64,000 bases of DNA from Octopus sinensis. Its lineage: Eukaryota. This document shows, in pieces, positions 26,042 to 38,730 of this stretch. How positions within the stretch are numbered: position 1 is the first letter of the stretch; each line of letters begins with the position of its first letter. The translations under genes and the position numbers were made by a program. Location of the stretch: positions 83,948,001-84,012,000 of the forward strand of contig NC_043006.1 of NCBI RefSeq assembly GCF_006345805.1, read 5' to 3'. The notes below the pieces were generated by a model, which was not told where the DNA came from, did not search any database, and worked only from the letters and a program-made list of their open reading frames with translations.

Positions 26042-27235
26042 CGGATCCAGGTAAAAAAAAGTCACAGGAAAAAGAGTCACAAGAAAAAAAAAACAAAAAA
26101 AAAACAGGAGACGTTAGCACTGTTTCTGCGTCTTTAATAGAAAGGTTAACTGTCGAATTCTCACCTTTTTTAAGGTTAACATATCAATCAGTCCCTGTAA
26201 AGGAATATGCAGTACTGATAGTAAATTAATGAGTTACGAACTCTGCGCAACCAACGACCTACTCCTCCTGTACAACGTTTGCTAAAAGATATAAGTAAAC
26301 TTCCTACTAACTATACTATGACAGTTGACCCTAATCTGGAGGAGGTTTTTACTCTATAATAACGGACCAAATGCACACAACCGTATTCTAGTATTTGGTA
26401 CCAGTGGTGGCCTCAAACTCTTTACTGGTGCTGATACTCTCTATACAGATGGCAACCTTGCTATAGCTTCATATATTTTCAAACAGATCTATGTCATCCG
26501 TATCCCTTTTGGTGATACAGCTGTTACTTCAGTGTACGCTCTTCTTCCAAACAAGACTCGTGCCACCTTCGAAGAACTCTTTCAGGCTATAGTTGATAAG
26601 TGAAGACCTAAGCTATTCTATTAATGTGCAAACCGTGGTTACTGATTTTGAAGGTGGTGTACTGAGAACTGTTCTTGCAGTGTTTGGCCGCGATGTAGAG
26701 AGCAAAGGTTCTCCCTATCATCTTACGCAGTCCATTTGACGTAAGATCCAGGAACTGGGTTTGGGAACACGGTATAATACCAATGCTGAGTTTCGTTTGT
26801 TTTGTGGCATGATTGATTCTCTAGCTTTTTTGCCCCTAGAAGACGTTAATGAAGGTATGGGATACTTCAAAACTGTCATTCCACAGGATCGACCTGAAGC
26901 CGAGGAGTTGCCCATGTACTTCGATTTTACTTATGTTAGTGGCTCCTTTCGACTGATTCAGCAGCCAATTGCCATGTCCAGTGATGCCTCTGAGAATGCG
27001 TCACATTCCACCTACGTTTGCCCCTCACCTATGGAATGTCCATGACGTCGCCATGAACAACGACGCCCGTACCAACAACATCTGCGATGGGTGGAATAAT
27101 AAATTCTTCAACCTCGTTGGTCACTACCATCCTTCACTTTGGTGTGTTATTGAACGGTTTCAACATAAAGAAGCGACAGTGAACAACATTATCTAGCAGG
27201 ATGCTGCTGGTAACCCCACGATCAGCCGTGATGGA
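26042..27235 (+). pseudogene. Mutator/MULE transposase remnant with left TIR
   Basis: GGATCCAGGTAAAAAAAAGTCACAGGAAAAAGAGTCAC TIR subrepeats. Broken ORF has RILVFGT..LYTDGN...VYALLPNKTRATF, VTDFE, LAFLP and RTNNICDGWNNKF MULE DDE motifs, with stops and frameshifts. Confidence 0.88.
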
Positions 27236-27249
27236 TATATAATACTTCG

Positions 27250-27468
27250 GAAGGCGGCGAGCTGGCAGAAACGTTAGCACGCCGGGCGAAATGCTTAGCG
27301 GTATTTCGTCTGCCGCTACGTTCTGAGTTCAAATTCTGCCGAGGTCGACTTTGCCTTTCATCCTTTCGAGGTCGATAAATTAAGTACCAGTTGCGTAACG
27401 GGTCGATCTAATCGACTGGACCCCTCCCCCAAAATTTCGGGCCTTGTGCCCAGAGTAGAAAAGAATAT
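27250..27468 (+). mobile_element. Family 1 SINE, other-tail subfamily (...CCCCCAAAATTTCGGGCCTTGTGCC...GTAGAAAAGAATA)
   Basis: CpG-intact head matching 58577, with a different 3' tail. Confidence 0.9.
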
Positions 27469-27567
27469 TGTACACTTCGGATGACATACCCATTCTATTG
27501 ACAGATATACGAATGCATATTTTTCCTGACTTATGGACTTCTATACGACTTACGCGGGCGTGTGAAT

Positions 27568-27569
27568 GC

Positions 27570-27640
<71 letters not shown>

Positions 27641-27688
27641 GTATATATATATATATATATTATATATGTATGTATGTATGTATATATA

Positions 27689-27742
<54 letters not shown>

Positions 27743-27797
27743 TCCTTCTAAACTTAATTGCTTTTTCCCGTTTTCAACTCTGCAAGTATTCGCCTAT

Positions 27798-27864
<67 letters not shown>

Positions 27865-27910
27865 TGTGTGTGTGTGCGTGCGCGTGCGTTTGAGTGTGTG
27901 CGTGTGCGCG
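27568..27910. repeat. (TA)n/(TATG)n and (TG)n microsatellites
   Basis: Direct reading. Confidence 0.95.
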
Positions 27911-27958
27911 AGAGGCAGGCCGGTGTGTATGCATATGTATGTGTCACGCTGTACTTAC

Positions 27959-28102
27959 CGCTTACAATTCCAAAGAAACACATAAGAAATATGATGTTGG
28001 GTGCAAAACAAGAGGCACCGACTCCTAAGCTGAGCAGAACGCTTCCCAAGACTGCTGTGGCTCGTACTCCGAATTTGTGGAGGAACATTCCTGCCAGCAT
28101 AC
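27959..28102 (-). CDS. Gene A exon 3 (144 nt, phase 1-1)
   Basis: Acceptor tttcgcag and donor G|gtaagt. [48 protein letters not shown] has the MFS motif-A-like KFGxR. Confidence 0.92.
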
Positions 28103-28108
28103 CTGCGA

Positions 28109-28173
<65 letters not shown>

Positions 28174-28180
28174 TAATAAT

Positions 28181-28725
28181 GCAGTACCAGACAGTGGCTC
28201 TCATGGTTTCTGATCTTAACTGATTGGAAGTGTTATCATGTACATTGTTTTGTCTTGGTATAAAAGATGAGTTACAGCAAATATTCTGCTCAATACCACA
28301 GATTTGCTTGTCATTTGTTTGACCTTAACCAGTTGCCCATGTCCCTTAGTGGCTGACGATATGTGCATCTCTGAACACAAGCAGAAGTAGTGGGGGAGTA
28401 TCATAGCCGTGTGTTGAAAGGAATTCTTGGAGGTTTGGATAGTTCGCCTTTGGAACATAGATGGTTCGTTCAACATCCTTAAACAATCCTTATTCAGAGA
28501 CCTTTTGAGCGGAATGGGCTACTCGACCAGAAGAAAATTCTAACTGGGCCCTACCTGCAAGGTCATGCGCTGTTTATCTTGATATGAGACCACCATGTCG
28601 CGTACATATGATTGTGATGCATGTGCCTGGTGTACCCTTTTCAGACGGGTAGTCATGATGGGTATGCTGGGCTTCGTATATTTTACCCCAGTGTCACTTT
28701 GATGGCATGCACTGCTCTGTCACTC
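28181..28725 (+). mobile_element. About 550-bp interspersed repeat embedded in (TAA)n arrays, copy 1
   Basis: Highly similar to 33271-33822. Both copies are flanked by (TAA)n on each side. Confidence 0.85.
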
Positions 28726-28760
<35 letters not shown>

Positions 28761-28771
28761 TAATAATAATA

Positions 28772-28815
<44 letters not shown>

Positions 28816-29230
28816 GGCGCAGGAGTGGCTGTGTGGTAAGTAGCTTGCTAACCAACCACATGGTTCCGGGTTCAGTCCCACTGCGTGGCATCTTGGGCAA
28901 GTGACTTCTGCTATAGCCCCGGGCCGACCAATGCCTTGTGAGTGGATTTGGTAGACGGAAACTGAAAGAAGCCTGTCGTATATATGTATATATATATAAG
29001 TGTGTGTGTATATGTTTGTGTGTCTGTGTTTGTCCCCCTAGCATTGCTTGACAACCGATGCTGGTGTGTTTACGTCCCCGTCACTTAGCGGTTCGGTAAA
29101 AGAGCCCGATAGAATAAGTACTGGGCTTACAAAGAATAAGTCCCGGGGTCGATTTGCTCGACTAAAGGCGGTGCTCCAGCATAGCCACAGTCAAATGACT
29201 GAAACACGTAAAAGAGTAAAGAGTAAAGAG
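28816..29230 (+). mobile_element. SINE family 2, young copy
   Basis: GGCGCAGGAGTGGCTGTGTGGTAAG...GGTTCAGTCCC head, internal (TA/TG)n, (GAGTAAA)n tail. Confidence 0.92.
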
Positions 29231-29264
29231 TATAATAATAATATATAACGACTAGTTTCAATTG

Positions 29265-29940
29265 TTTCCGTACCATTTCTGCTTTTGACATCAATTTATG
29301 TAAAGTTCCATGTGAAAATACACGTAATATTTGCAATTCTAAATATTAAAGTGTGGAGGCGCAGTGGTTAGGGCAGCGGACTCGCGGTCGGAGGATCGCA
29401 GTTTCGATTCTCAGACCAGGTATTGTGTGTGTTTGTTGAGCGAAAACACCTAAAGCTCCACGACGCTCCAGTAGCGGGTGGTGGCGACCCCTGTTGTACT
29501 CTTTCGCCCCAACTTTCTCTCACTCTTTCTTCCTGTTTCTTAAGTAACGCTGCGATGGACTGGCGTCCCGTCCAGCTGGGGGCAACACATATGCCGCAGA
29601 AACCGGGAAACCGGGCCCATGAGCCTGGCCAGGGTTAAAAAGGGCGCATTAAGAAAAAAAAATTATGGAAGTGGCACTTCATAAGGCTTGCATGAAAAAA
29701 AGATGCGCTCTTATAATGTCCGTCTGCCAAACGCTGTATTTTGTATTTGAGAGGAAACAAGAAGTATAAATAAAGATGAAAATAAATATAAACTTATGAA
29801 GTGACAGACAAGTCATAAAATAGATATGGTATGATGAAGTGTCACTCTAATGTTTAAAACCGGAAATATTACGCAACATTTTGCATGGAACTTTTGTGTG
29901 AATTGGTGTTAAAATTAGAGTTAGCAGAGAAACACATGTA
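29265..29940. mobile_element. Old foldback/MITE-like element interrupted by a family 3 SINE (29355-29650)
   Basis: About 29285-29353 is an imperfect reverse complement of about 29843-29912. Confidence 0.55.
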
Positions 29941-30181
29941 ACTGATCAGTAAAGATGTAATATACTCTTTCTTTGTCCACTAATATCGATTACATTTTAC
30001 TTTTCGTTAACACCACATTTTGGTTTTACCGATATGACACCTGGATTTTCTACATCTAAAGGATTTCATTCTTACTTAAAGCTACGATTCAAGAGTGCAG
30101 ATAGCCTCAAATTTGGGTTGAATGCTGCATGGGAAACCCCTTTCTTTCAACCCTTCCAGGACCTTAACATATATATATATA

Positions 30182-31000
30182 TACTAGGAAGTATAACTCC
30201 AAACTTACAGGGAAAAATTCAATTTAGTATTAAATCAAATTTCACAATATAAATATATAAAATATAAATTAGAGAAAAAACCCCACTATTATGCAATTCA
30301 AACAATGATAGACATAAACGAAATCATAAATAAAAAATAAGATATATTTTTATAAAACATATAACTAGATCACAAAAAGTATAAAAATGAATAATCAATA
30401 TATAATAAGTAAAAAAAAAACTAAGTACGTTTCATGGCTATAATTAAATTCGAATTACAATTAAATTTTAATTTAATCGAAAATCAATTCAATTTAAAAT
30501 TATAGTCACTCTTCAGGTTAACAATAATAGTTAAATAAATAAGCAAATAGAGTTAAACAATATTTATTAGAAAAATAAAATAATGATTTTTCTTATAGAA
30601 GAAACTCCATTAACTAAATTTCAAACTTAAAACATTAGGATCAGTTTCCTACAATACATTTATTATGTTAAATATTTAAGGTACAAAAATTGAGTAGATA
30701 GATAGAAAGATGTATTTATCTGTGAAGATATAATTTAGTTTAATAAAAAACATTAATAAACTATAGAATATCTTTAACCTAGTTATATTCTAATATTTAA
30801 TTACCAAACTATTTTACAAAACAATCACTCTTAATATTTTTAGATTTTAGTTTGCATATAATAATTATAAAATAATAAATATATAAAAATAAGTATCTAC
30901 ATTATAATCAACAAATATAGTAATTAAAAATCTATATTTTTTTCTATCAATAAACATATAAACAATAAACAAATTAGTCCATTATTACTTACATAAATAT
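30182..31000 (-). mobile_element. Very AT-rich repeat end, probably a Penelope-like terminal repeat
   Basis: Abuts (TA)n and contains a hammerhead-like core at 30418-30522. No ORF evidence. Confidence 0.5.
30418..30522 (-). ncRNA. Hammerhead ribozyme-like motif (degenerate)
   Basis: Minus strand reads AAC-CUGAAGA-GUGACUAUAA...UUAUAGCCAU-GAAAC-GUAC-UUA-GUU: both core boxes, a pairable stem II and a short stem I. Confidence 0.55.
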
Positions 31001-31480
31001 TATAGATATTTCGAAAATATTTATGAAATAAAAAATAAGAATTGAAAAATTCCAAAGTAATAATGCATAAATGGGTCTCATATAATGTATGTATGTACAA
31101 AAAAGAATTATGCGAAACGTATCTGCGTAAAAAGTTTACAGGTGGTGTGGGCGGATAAGAGCTAACACAAAATTAATAAAAAAAACTATCACTTTGTCTA
31201 TCAGGGTATTTTTCATCATTAAAATATGGGAAAGTGTTGCAAATTTTATGCTTGTACCAATAGGGTTTCGTAGGATTCTGTAGTGCATAAATTACATGTC
31301 TTCTCTTAAAAAGAATTTCGTGTACAAATGGTCTAGTAAGATGTATGTATGCTTACATAAAATTTTATGTCTATGAAATTTGAGTATTGGCGTGGGATTA
31401 CAAAAGCTAATAACAAATTATTACCTTGTATATCAGGGTACTATTTAGATTTTAAAATTACTAAAAAGACGTTCACTTAC

Positions 31481-31677
31481 CTACAGTAGAGAAAATACCA
31501 GTTTGCAAAAATATTGTTAATAAAACCATTTCATAATGCATCGGAAAGGCCCGTTTATATTTTACGAAATACACCGATAGGCTGGCAGCAAAACCAAACA
31601 CCATAAAATTGATGACAAAACCAGAAAATACTACGAAAACCAATTCTACTTTCTGACCAATGGACAGTGGTGGTTTC
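31481..31677 (-). CDS. Gene A exon 2 (197 nt; TM1-TM2)
   Basis: Acceptor gttgttttag and donor G|gtaagt. KPPLSIGQKVELVFVVFSGFVINFMVFGFAASLSVYFVKYKRAFPMHYEMVLLTIFLQTGIFSTV; phases 2/1 fit the neighbouring exons. Confidence 0.88.
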
Positions 31678-31844
31678 CTAAAACAACAAAAATAATAATA
31701 AACTAAATAAATAACATTAAGATATTTTTATAAAATTATGTCACAATTTTGTTTCAATACATATATTTTTACTAATGCATTCGGTAATTTATTGCAATTA
31801 TTTGTTGTTTATAAATATGTCTGTCTGTCTGTCTGTCTGTCTAT

Positions 31845-31912
<68 letters not shown>

Positions 31913-31969
31913 ATATCTATCTATCTAACTAACTAACTATATATATGTGTGTGTGTGTGTGTGTGTATA

Positions 31970-32335
31970 CGAGAAAAACGCCCCACCCCCGTCTAATGGA
32001 CGGTGCTGAGTTGTCAAACATTTAAACCAAATTTTCTCAAAACAACTTGTCCGACCGTCCCATAGGCCTCTCTTTTGAGAAACATTGATGTAACCTAAAT
32101 TTGAGCAAAAGACGGATATCGACTGATGTACTTGCGCGTACAAATGCACGTTCCCATGGCTTTATCGATTGTATTCTCACCTGGAATTGATTTTTGTAAT
32201 TCTTTCAAGAATTATACACGCACTGATACCGTCGGCATCTACATATCAAATTTGAGCGCAATTGGATGGAGGATGCCCGAGATCCTAGAAGACACACACA
32301 CAGACAGACAGAACGGATTTTATATTATATATATA
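31970..32335 (-). mobile_element. Helitron-like 5' region
   Basis: Minus strand begins ATATATAATATAAAATCCGTT(CTGT)n(GT)n...GATCTCGGG...AAATTTGATATG, typical of non-autonomous Helitron 5' ends. No 3' hairpin found. Confidence 0.45.
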
Positions 32336-32382
32336 TATATAATGCAAATAAGAAAATGGAGGAACAACCTCTATCTTACTTT

Positions 32383-32450
<68 letters not shown>

Positions 32451-32771
32451 ATCTTTCTTTTATCTTTTACTTCTTTCAGTCATTTGACTGCTGCCATGCT
32501 GGGGCACCGCTTTGAAGGGTTTTAGTCAAACAAATCATCGCCAGGACTTATTTTTGTAAGCCTGGTACTTATTCTATCGCTCTCTTTCTGCCGAACCGGT
32601 TGTCAAGCGGTGGTGGAGGACACACACACACACACACACACACATATAAATACGTGCTTCAGTCATGAACGTCTAGGAGTGGAAGCTGTAGGGTTCGTAA
32701 TTAGACACAAAAATACGAAGGCATTTTCACAGACTCGCAACGTCGCTCGCCGTTAGAATTCCAGCTCTACT

Positions 32772-32947
32772 GAAGCACCGTCTTTAGTCGAGCAAATCGA
32801 CCCCAGGACTTATTCTTTGTAAGCCTAGTACTTATTCTATCGGTCTGTTTTACCGAACCGCTAAGTTTCGGGGACGTAAACACACCAGCATCAGTTGTCA
32901 AGCGATGTTGGGTGGCACAAACACAGACACACAAACATATATACACA

Positions 32948-33017
<70 letters not shown>

Positions 33018-33186
33018 TATATACGATAGGCTTCTTTCAGTTTCCGTCTACCAAATTCACTCACAAGGTTTTGGTCGGCCCGAGGCTATAGTAGAAGACA
33101 ATTGCCCAAGGTGCCACGCAGTGGGACTGAAACTGGAACCATGTGGTTCGTAAGCAAGCTACTTACCACACAGCCACTCCTACGCC
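32772..33186 (-). mobile_element. SINE family 2 copy with long internal (TA)n
   Basis: Reverse complement of the family 2 consensus. Further copies at about 34421-34762 (+), 35975-36359 (-), 37346-37762 (+) and 62480-62690 (tail only). Confidence 0.9.
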
Positions 33187-33209
33187 TATATAATAACAAC
33201 AACAACAAC

Positions 33210-33270
<61 letters not shown>

Positions 33271-33822
33271 TGCACTGACGCAGTACCAATACCCTGATGC
33301 AGTACCAGGCAGTGGCTAGCATGACTTCTGATCTTAACTGATCAGAAGTATTATCATATATATTGTGTTGTCTTGATATAAAAGATGGGTTACAGCAAAT
33401 ATTCTGCCCAATACCACAGATTTGCTTGTCAGTTGCTTGACCTAAACAAGTTGAGCATGTTCTTTAGTGGCTGACGATATGTGTATCTCTGATCACGAGC
33501 AGAAGTAGTGGGGGAGTATTATAGCCATGTGTTGAAAGGAATTCTTTGGAAACATGGATGTTTCGTTCAACATCCTTAAACAATCCTTATTCAGGGACCT
33601 TTTGAGCGGAATGGGCTACTCAACCAGAAGAAAATTCTAACTGGGCCCCACCTGCAAGGTCATGTGCTGTTTATCTTAATATGAGGTCACCATGTCGCGC
33701 ACACATGGTTGTGATGCATGTACCTGATGTACCCTTTTCAGACGGGTAGTCATGATGGGTATACTGGGCTTCGTATATTTTACCCCAGTGTCATTTTGAT
33801 GGCAAGTAGTGCTCTCTCACCC
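33271..33822 (+). mobile_element. About 550-bp (TAA)n-embedded repeat, copy 2
   Basis: Colinear with 28181-28725; followed by (TAA/CAA)n and (GAA)n. Confidence 0.85.
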
Positions 33823-33932
33823 AATAATAATAATAATAACAACAACAACAACAATAACAACAACAACAACAACAATAATAATAATAATAATAACGACTAC
33901 AGGAAGAAGAAGAAGAAGAAGAAGAAGAAGAA

Positions 33933-33963
<31 letters not shown>

Positions 33964-34789
33964 AAGAAGAAGAAGGTGAAGAAGAAGAAGAAGAAGAATA
34001 CAATGTGCGTTGTGTTCTTGCGCAGAGCTATTCTTTCCACGTTGCTCCAGTCTACTCAGCTGTAAATGGATCACCCTGCGACGGTCAGAAGCAAAGTTGT
34101 GATTCTGCTCCCTTAGATGTTATGGAAACCAGGTAGCCGGTTCTGTATAATAACAGTGACAAACGAAATATACACCGCCGATAGTTATTGTTGACAAACA
34201 AAGGCAGTAATTTTATTCAGCTGAATACACGTCATTGATTGGTTGAAATTGCCGAAATACGACAACTTTAACACGAAATAACTTCGTAAATATAAACTTT
34301 TCTCAAAAACGCTAAGAGTAAAACATGTTTTATACGACACATTCTACTAGTATACGTAGTTTGAAAATGTTTAGTTACAAAAAATTATTTTCTAAATCTG
34401 CCGGTCAAAAGGTAAAGATGCCAGGTTCAGTCCCACTGCGTGACACCTTGACAAGTGTCTTCTATTATAGTATCGGGCCGACCAAAGCCTTGTGAGTGGA
34501 TATCATAGGCGGAAACTGAAAGAAGCCCGCATTTATGTTTGTATGTCTGTATTTGTCCACCCTACCACCACCGCTTCATAGCCGGTGTTGGTGTGTTTAT
34601 GTTTCATGACTAGCGGTTCGGCATTCGGCAAAAGAGATTGATAGAATAAGTACTTGACTTTAAAAAAATAAGTTTTGGGGTCGATTTGTTCGACTAAAAT
34701 CCGTCAAGGCGGTGCTCCAGCATGGCCGCAGACAAATGACTGAAACAAATAAAAGAATAAAACAATATACACACAGATATATACATACA

Positions 34790-35099
34790 CACTCATGCAT
34801 ACATGCATACATACAATATAGTACATACATACATGCATACATACACACATACATACATACATACACACATACATACATACATACAATATAGTACATACAT
34901 ACATACATACAATATAGTGCATACATACATACATACATACATACATACACATATACATACATGCATACATGCATACATACATACATACATACATACATAC
35001 ATACACACACACATACAGTGAATGATAGGAAGAGCGAGATAGAGAGAGGAGAGGGAGAGAGAGAAAGAGGAAAAGAGAAAGAGTGAGAGAGAGCTGGAG

Positions 35100-35170
<71 letters not shown>
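34790..35170. repeat. (CATA)n and (GA)n microsatellites next to the gene A exon 1 donor
   Basis: Direct reading. Confidence 0.95.
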
Positions 35171-35172
<2 letters not shown>

Positions 35173-35194
35173 GAAGGTCAAAAGTCAGTCTTAC

Positions 35195-35292
35195 GTCTTC
35201 TCTTGACAATTCATAGTTTTCGAAATGTTTCCTACATTTTGACACTCGACTTCGCTGGTTGGATTTCGTAGCGGAATTGCTTCAGCCTCCAT
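35195..35292 (-). CDS. Gene A exon 1 (start codon)
   Basis: ATG at 35292; MEAEAIPLRNPTSEVECQNVGNISKTMNCQEK, then AC|gtaaga. Phase 2 joins exon 2 in frame. Total CDS 98+197+144+1062+173 = 1674 nt, 557 aa. Confidence 0.75.
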
Positions 35293-36712
35293 ATTGTTTT
35301 AGTCGTTTGTTCTTTGCGACCGGTTTCAGAAGCGAACGATCGCTTGAATTTGTTGGTTGTATCGCCTGCCGAGGTTGGTTCAATGTTTCGCTACTGTTGA
35401 GGTACTTTACTATGAAGGAAAATAGCTGTTCTTGTTGTTATCGTCGTCGTTGTCGTTGTTATTGTTGACGAAGTAATAGAGAAATTGGAGTTAAATATCG
35501 CTGATTCTCTTACTCTTTCTATCTCGCGTGCTATCTCTGTCGCATGTATGTGTATATGTGTGTGTGTCAGAAAGAGAGAGAGAGAAAGAGAAAGGGAGAG
35601 AGAGAGAGACAGAGAAATAGTGTGTTTGTGTATGTGAGACTCAATCAAATCGGTCATTTGTTTCTCACCCACATCGGGGTAAAGGTCTCCTTACACACAC
35701 ACACACACGCACGCACGCACGCACACATAACTTTGGGGTTGAGGTTTCCAAACTTCTGTGTTAATCAGCGCGTGATGAACGAAAATTTGAGATTAGGCGC
35801 ACGGTCCCGCGGAGGTGCGTACGTGTATTCATACCTGCGTATATGTATCATTAAAGTGCTTTGTATCTACATACATACCAGGAGCCCGGGGAAAAAGTTC
35901 ATATCAGCTTTGTGAGGTTCGAAAACCATACATACATACGTTCGTACGCACATACAAGCACACACACATACATATTCTTTTTTTTTTCAGTCATTTGACT
36001 GCAGCCATGTTGGAGCACCTCCTTTAGTCAATTCAAATTATTCTTTGTAAGCCTAGTACTTATTCTATCGGTCTCTTTTGCCGAACCGCTAAGTTACAGG
36101 GACCTAAACACACCAGCATCGGTTGTCAAGCGATGTTGGGAGGACAAACACAGATACACAACATACACACACACATATATATATATACATATATACGACG
36201 GGCTTCTTTTCAGTTTCCGTCTACCAAATCCACCCACATGGCTTTGATCGGCCCGAAGCTAAAGTAGAAGACACTTGCCCAAGGTGCCACGCAGTGGGAC
36301 CGAACCCGGAACCATGTGGTTGGTAAGCAAACTACTTACCACACAGCCACTCCTGCGCCTATATATATACATACATTTGCAAATCCAGTACCCAAGATAT
36401 ACTTTCAGCTCAGACCTGTTATTATTATTGGAGCAACAGGATATATACTAACCCGTCTGAAACAAAATATGGCTGAAATTGGGATCTTGGGGGGGAAAAT
36501 GCAAATCCTTAATTCATACGCTACAAATGATCACGCGATCTGGAACTATAAAAATCTGCAGAACTTTAAGATTTAAAGGATATACAAGATGCTTTCCTTC
36601 ACAACCTTGCTACAAAATAGGTGGCCAGTTAAAATTTACATTAAAAAAAAGGAAAAAAATATATACATACATACATACATACATACATACATACATACAT
36701 ACAGAGACAAGC

Positions 36713-36811
<99 letters not shown>

Positions 36812-37243
36812 TAGATAGATAAGATATTAAATGACAAGGGATCTAGAAATTATGTAATGAGCCTTCGTTAGCTTACAAATATGTGTAGGGAATAACGTTA
36901 GAAGTTTGAGGAGCAGAAGCCCCTACACACTCACCCAAGCAACCACACACACACACCAATCGTGTTTAAAAACGCATAACTGTATAGGGTGCAGGAAACT
37001 GTTTGTGCGTGTGTATGTATGTGTGTGTGTGTGTGTGTATGTGTGTGTGCGTGTGCGTGTAAATATAATTTACTAGAATCTTTATTACAGACAAGAAAAT
37101 TTACACGTGTATAAATGAAATACTTTTCTGCGCCGAATAAATTGAGTGTCCTCTTGGTTGCTATTACAAAGCGAAATCAATATCACAAGAATGTGTTCAA
37201 GTCATTCATATACATACATACATACATACATACATACATACAT

Positions 37244-37309
<66 letters not shown>

Positions 37310-38659
37310 ATACATACATACATACATACATACATACATACATACGAGTGGCTGTGTGGTAGGTAGCTTGCTTGCGAACCACATGGTTCCGGGTTCAGTG
37401 CCACTGCGTAGCACCTTGGTCAAGTGTTTTCTACTATAGCCTCGGGCCGACCAAAGCCTTCTGAGTGGATTTGGTAGACGGAAACTGAAAGAAGCCCGTC
37501 GTATATGTCTATGTATGTATGTATGTATGTATGTATGTATGTATGTATGTATGTATGTATGTATGTATGTATATGTTTGCATGTCTGTGTTTGTCTCCCC
37601 AACATCGCTTGACAACCGATGCTGGTGTGTTTACGTCCCCGCCACTAGCGGTTCGGCGAAAGGGACCGATAGAATAAGTACTATGCTTACAAAGAATAAG
37701 TCCTGGGGTCGATTTGCTCGACTAAAGGCGGTTTCCAGCATGGCCACAGTCAAATGACTGAAATATACATATTTATATACACACCCACATACTTGCATGG
37801 TGCGACAGAAAAACCTCTCATATTTCAAACGGTTATTGCCATGGTACTTGTGAAGCTAACTACATGATAAGTAGATAACGTTTTACCGTTTATGTAGTTA
37901 GCATTTTTCCTCAGAACTATGTTCTGTGCCTCTTTTTGTTGAACATCTGTCAATCAATGACATGTAAAAAATTCTTTTTTGTTGCATTGTGTGTGTATGT
38001 GTATATATGTGTGTGTGTGCGCGCGTATGTATACACAGACGCACACACATATTTAGCAAAACATTGTAGATTGATAACAAATCTAATGTGAGGCTCTTTT
38101 ATCGCAGTTAAAGCTAACGAGATAACATATCAATCACTTTAGAATTTAGCCTAGTTTCTAATTGCTGAAAGCCGTCTCAGATTAACGCACACAGCAATTT
38201 TTTGAATGAGACGATTTAATCGATACCATCGATCTTAAGTAGTACTAGTGCTTTATTTTATCGATCCCGAAGGGATGAAAGGCAAAATGAGCCCTGACGG
38301 GATTTGAACTCGCAACGCAAAAAGTCGGGAGAGAGATAAAGCGAAGTATTTCTTCCGAAGTTCTTAACGACTCTGACTGAGATAGCTCACCGCTTTATCA
38401 TTTGCTAAAAATACAAAATAGTAATGGTTTCAAAATTTAGCACAAGGCAAGCAAATTTGAGAGGAGGGGTTGATCTATACCATTGTTTCCCTGTTGTTCA
38501 CTGGTACGATATTTCATCAACGACCGAGGAATGAAAAGCAAAGCTGACACCGTTGGAATTTGAACTCAAAATCGGGAGAAATACCACAAAGCTCTTATCT
38601 CAAAGTTCTGATGTTAATCTTGGCGGTTCACTGCCTGTTCAATTGCTAAACATACAAAA

Positions 38660-38730
<71 letters not shown>

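Noticed and set aside
31060-31450. Degenerate direct duplication of about 250 bp in gene A intron 2
   Set aside because: Similarity is weak and AT-rich, with no evident function.
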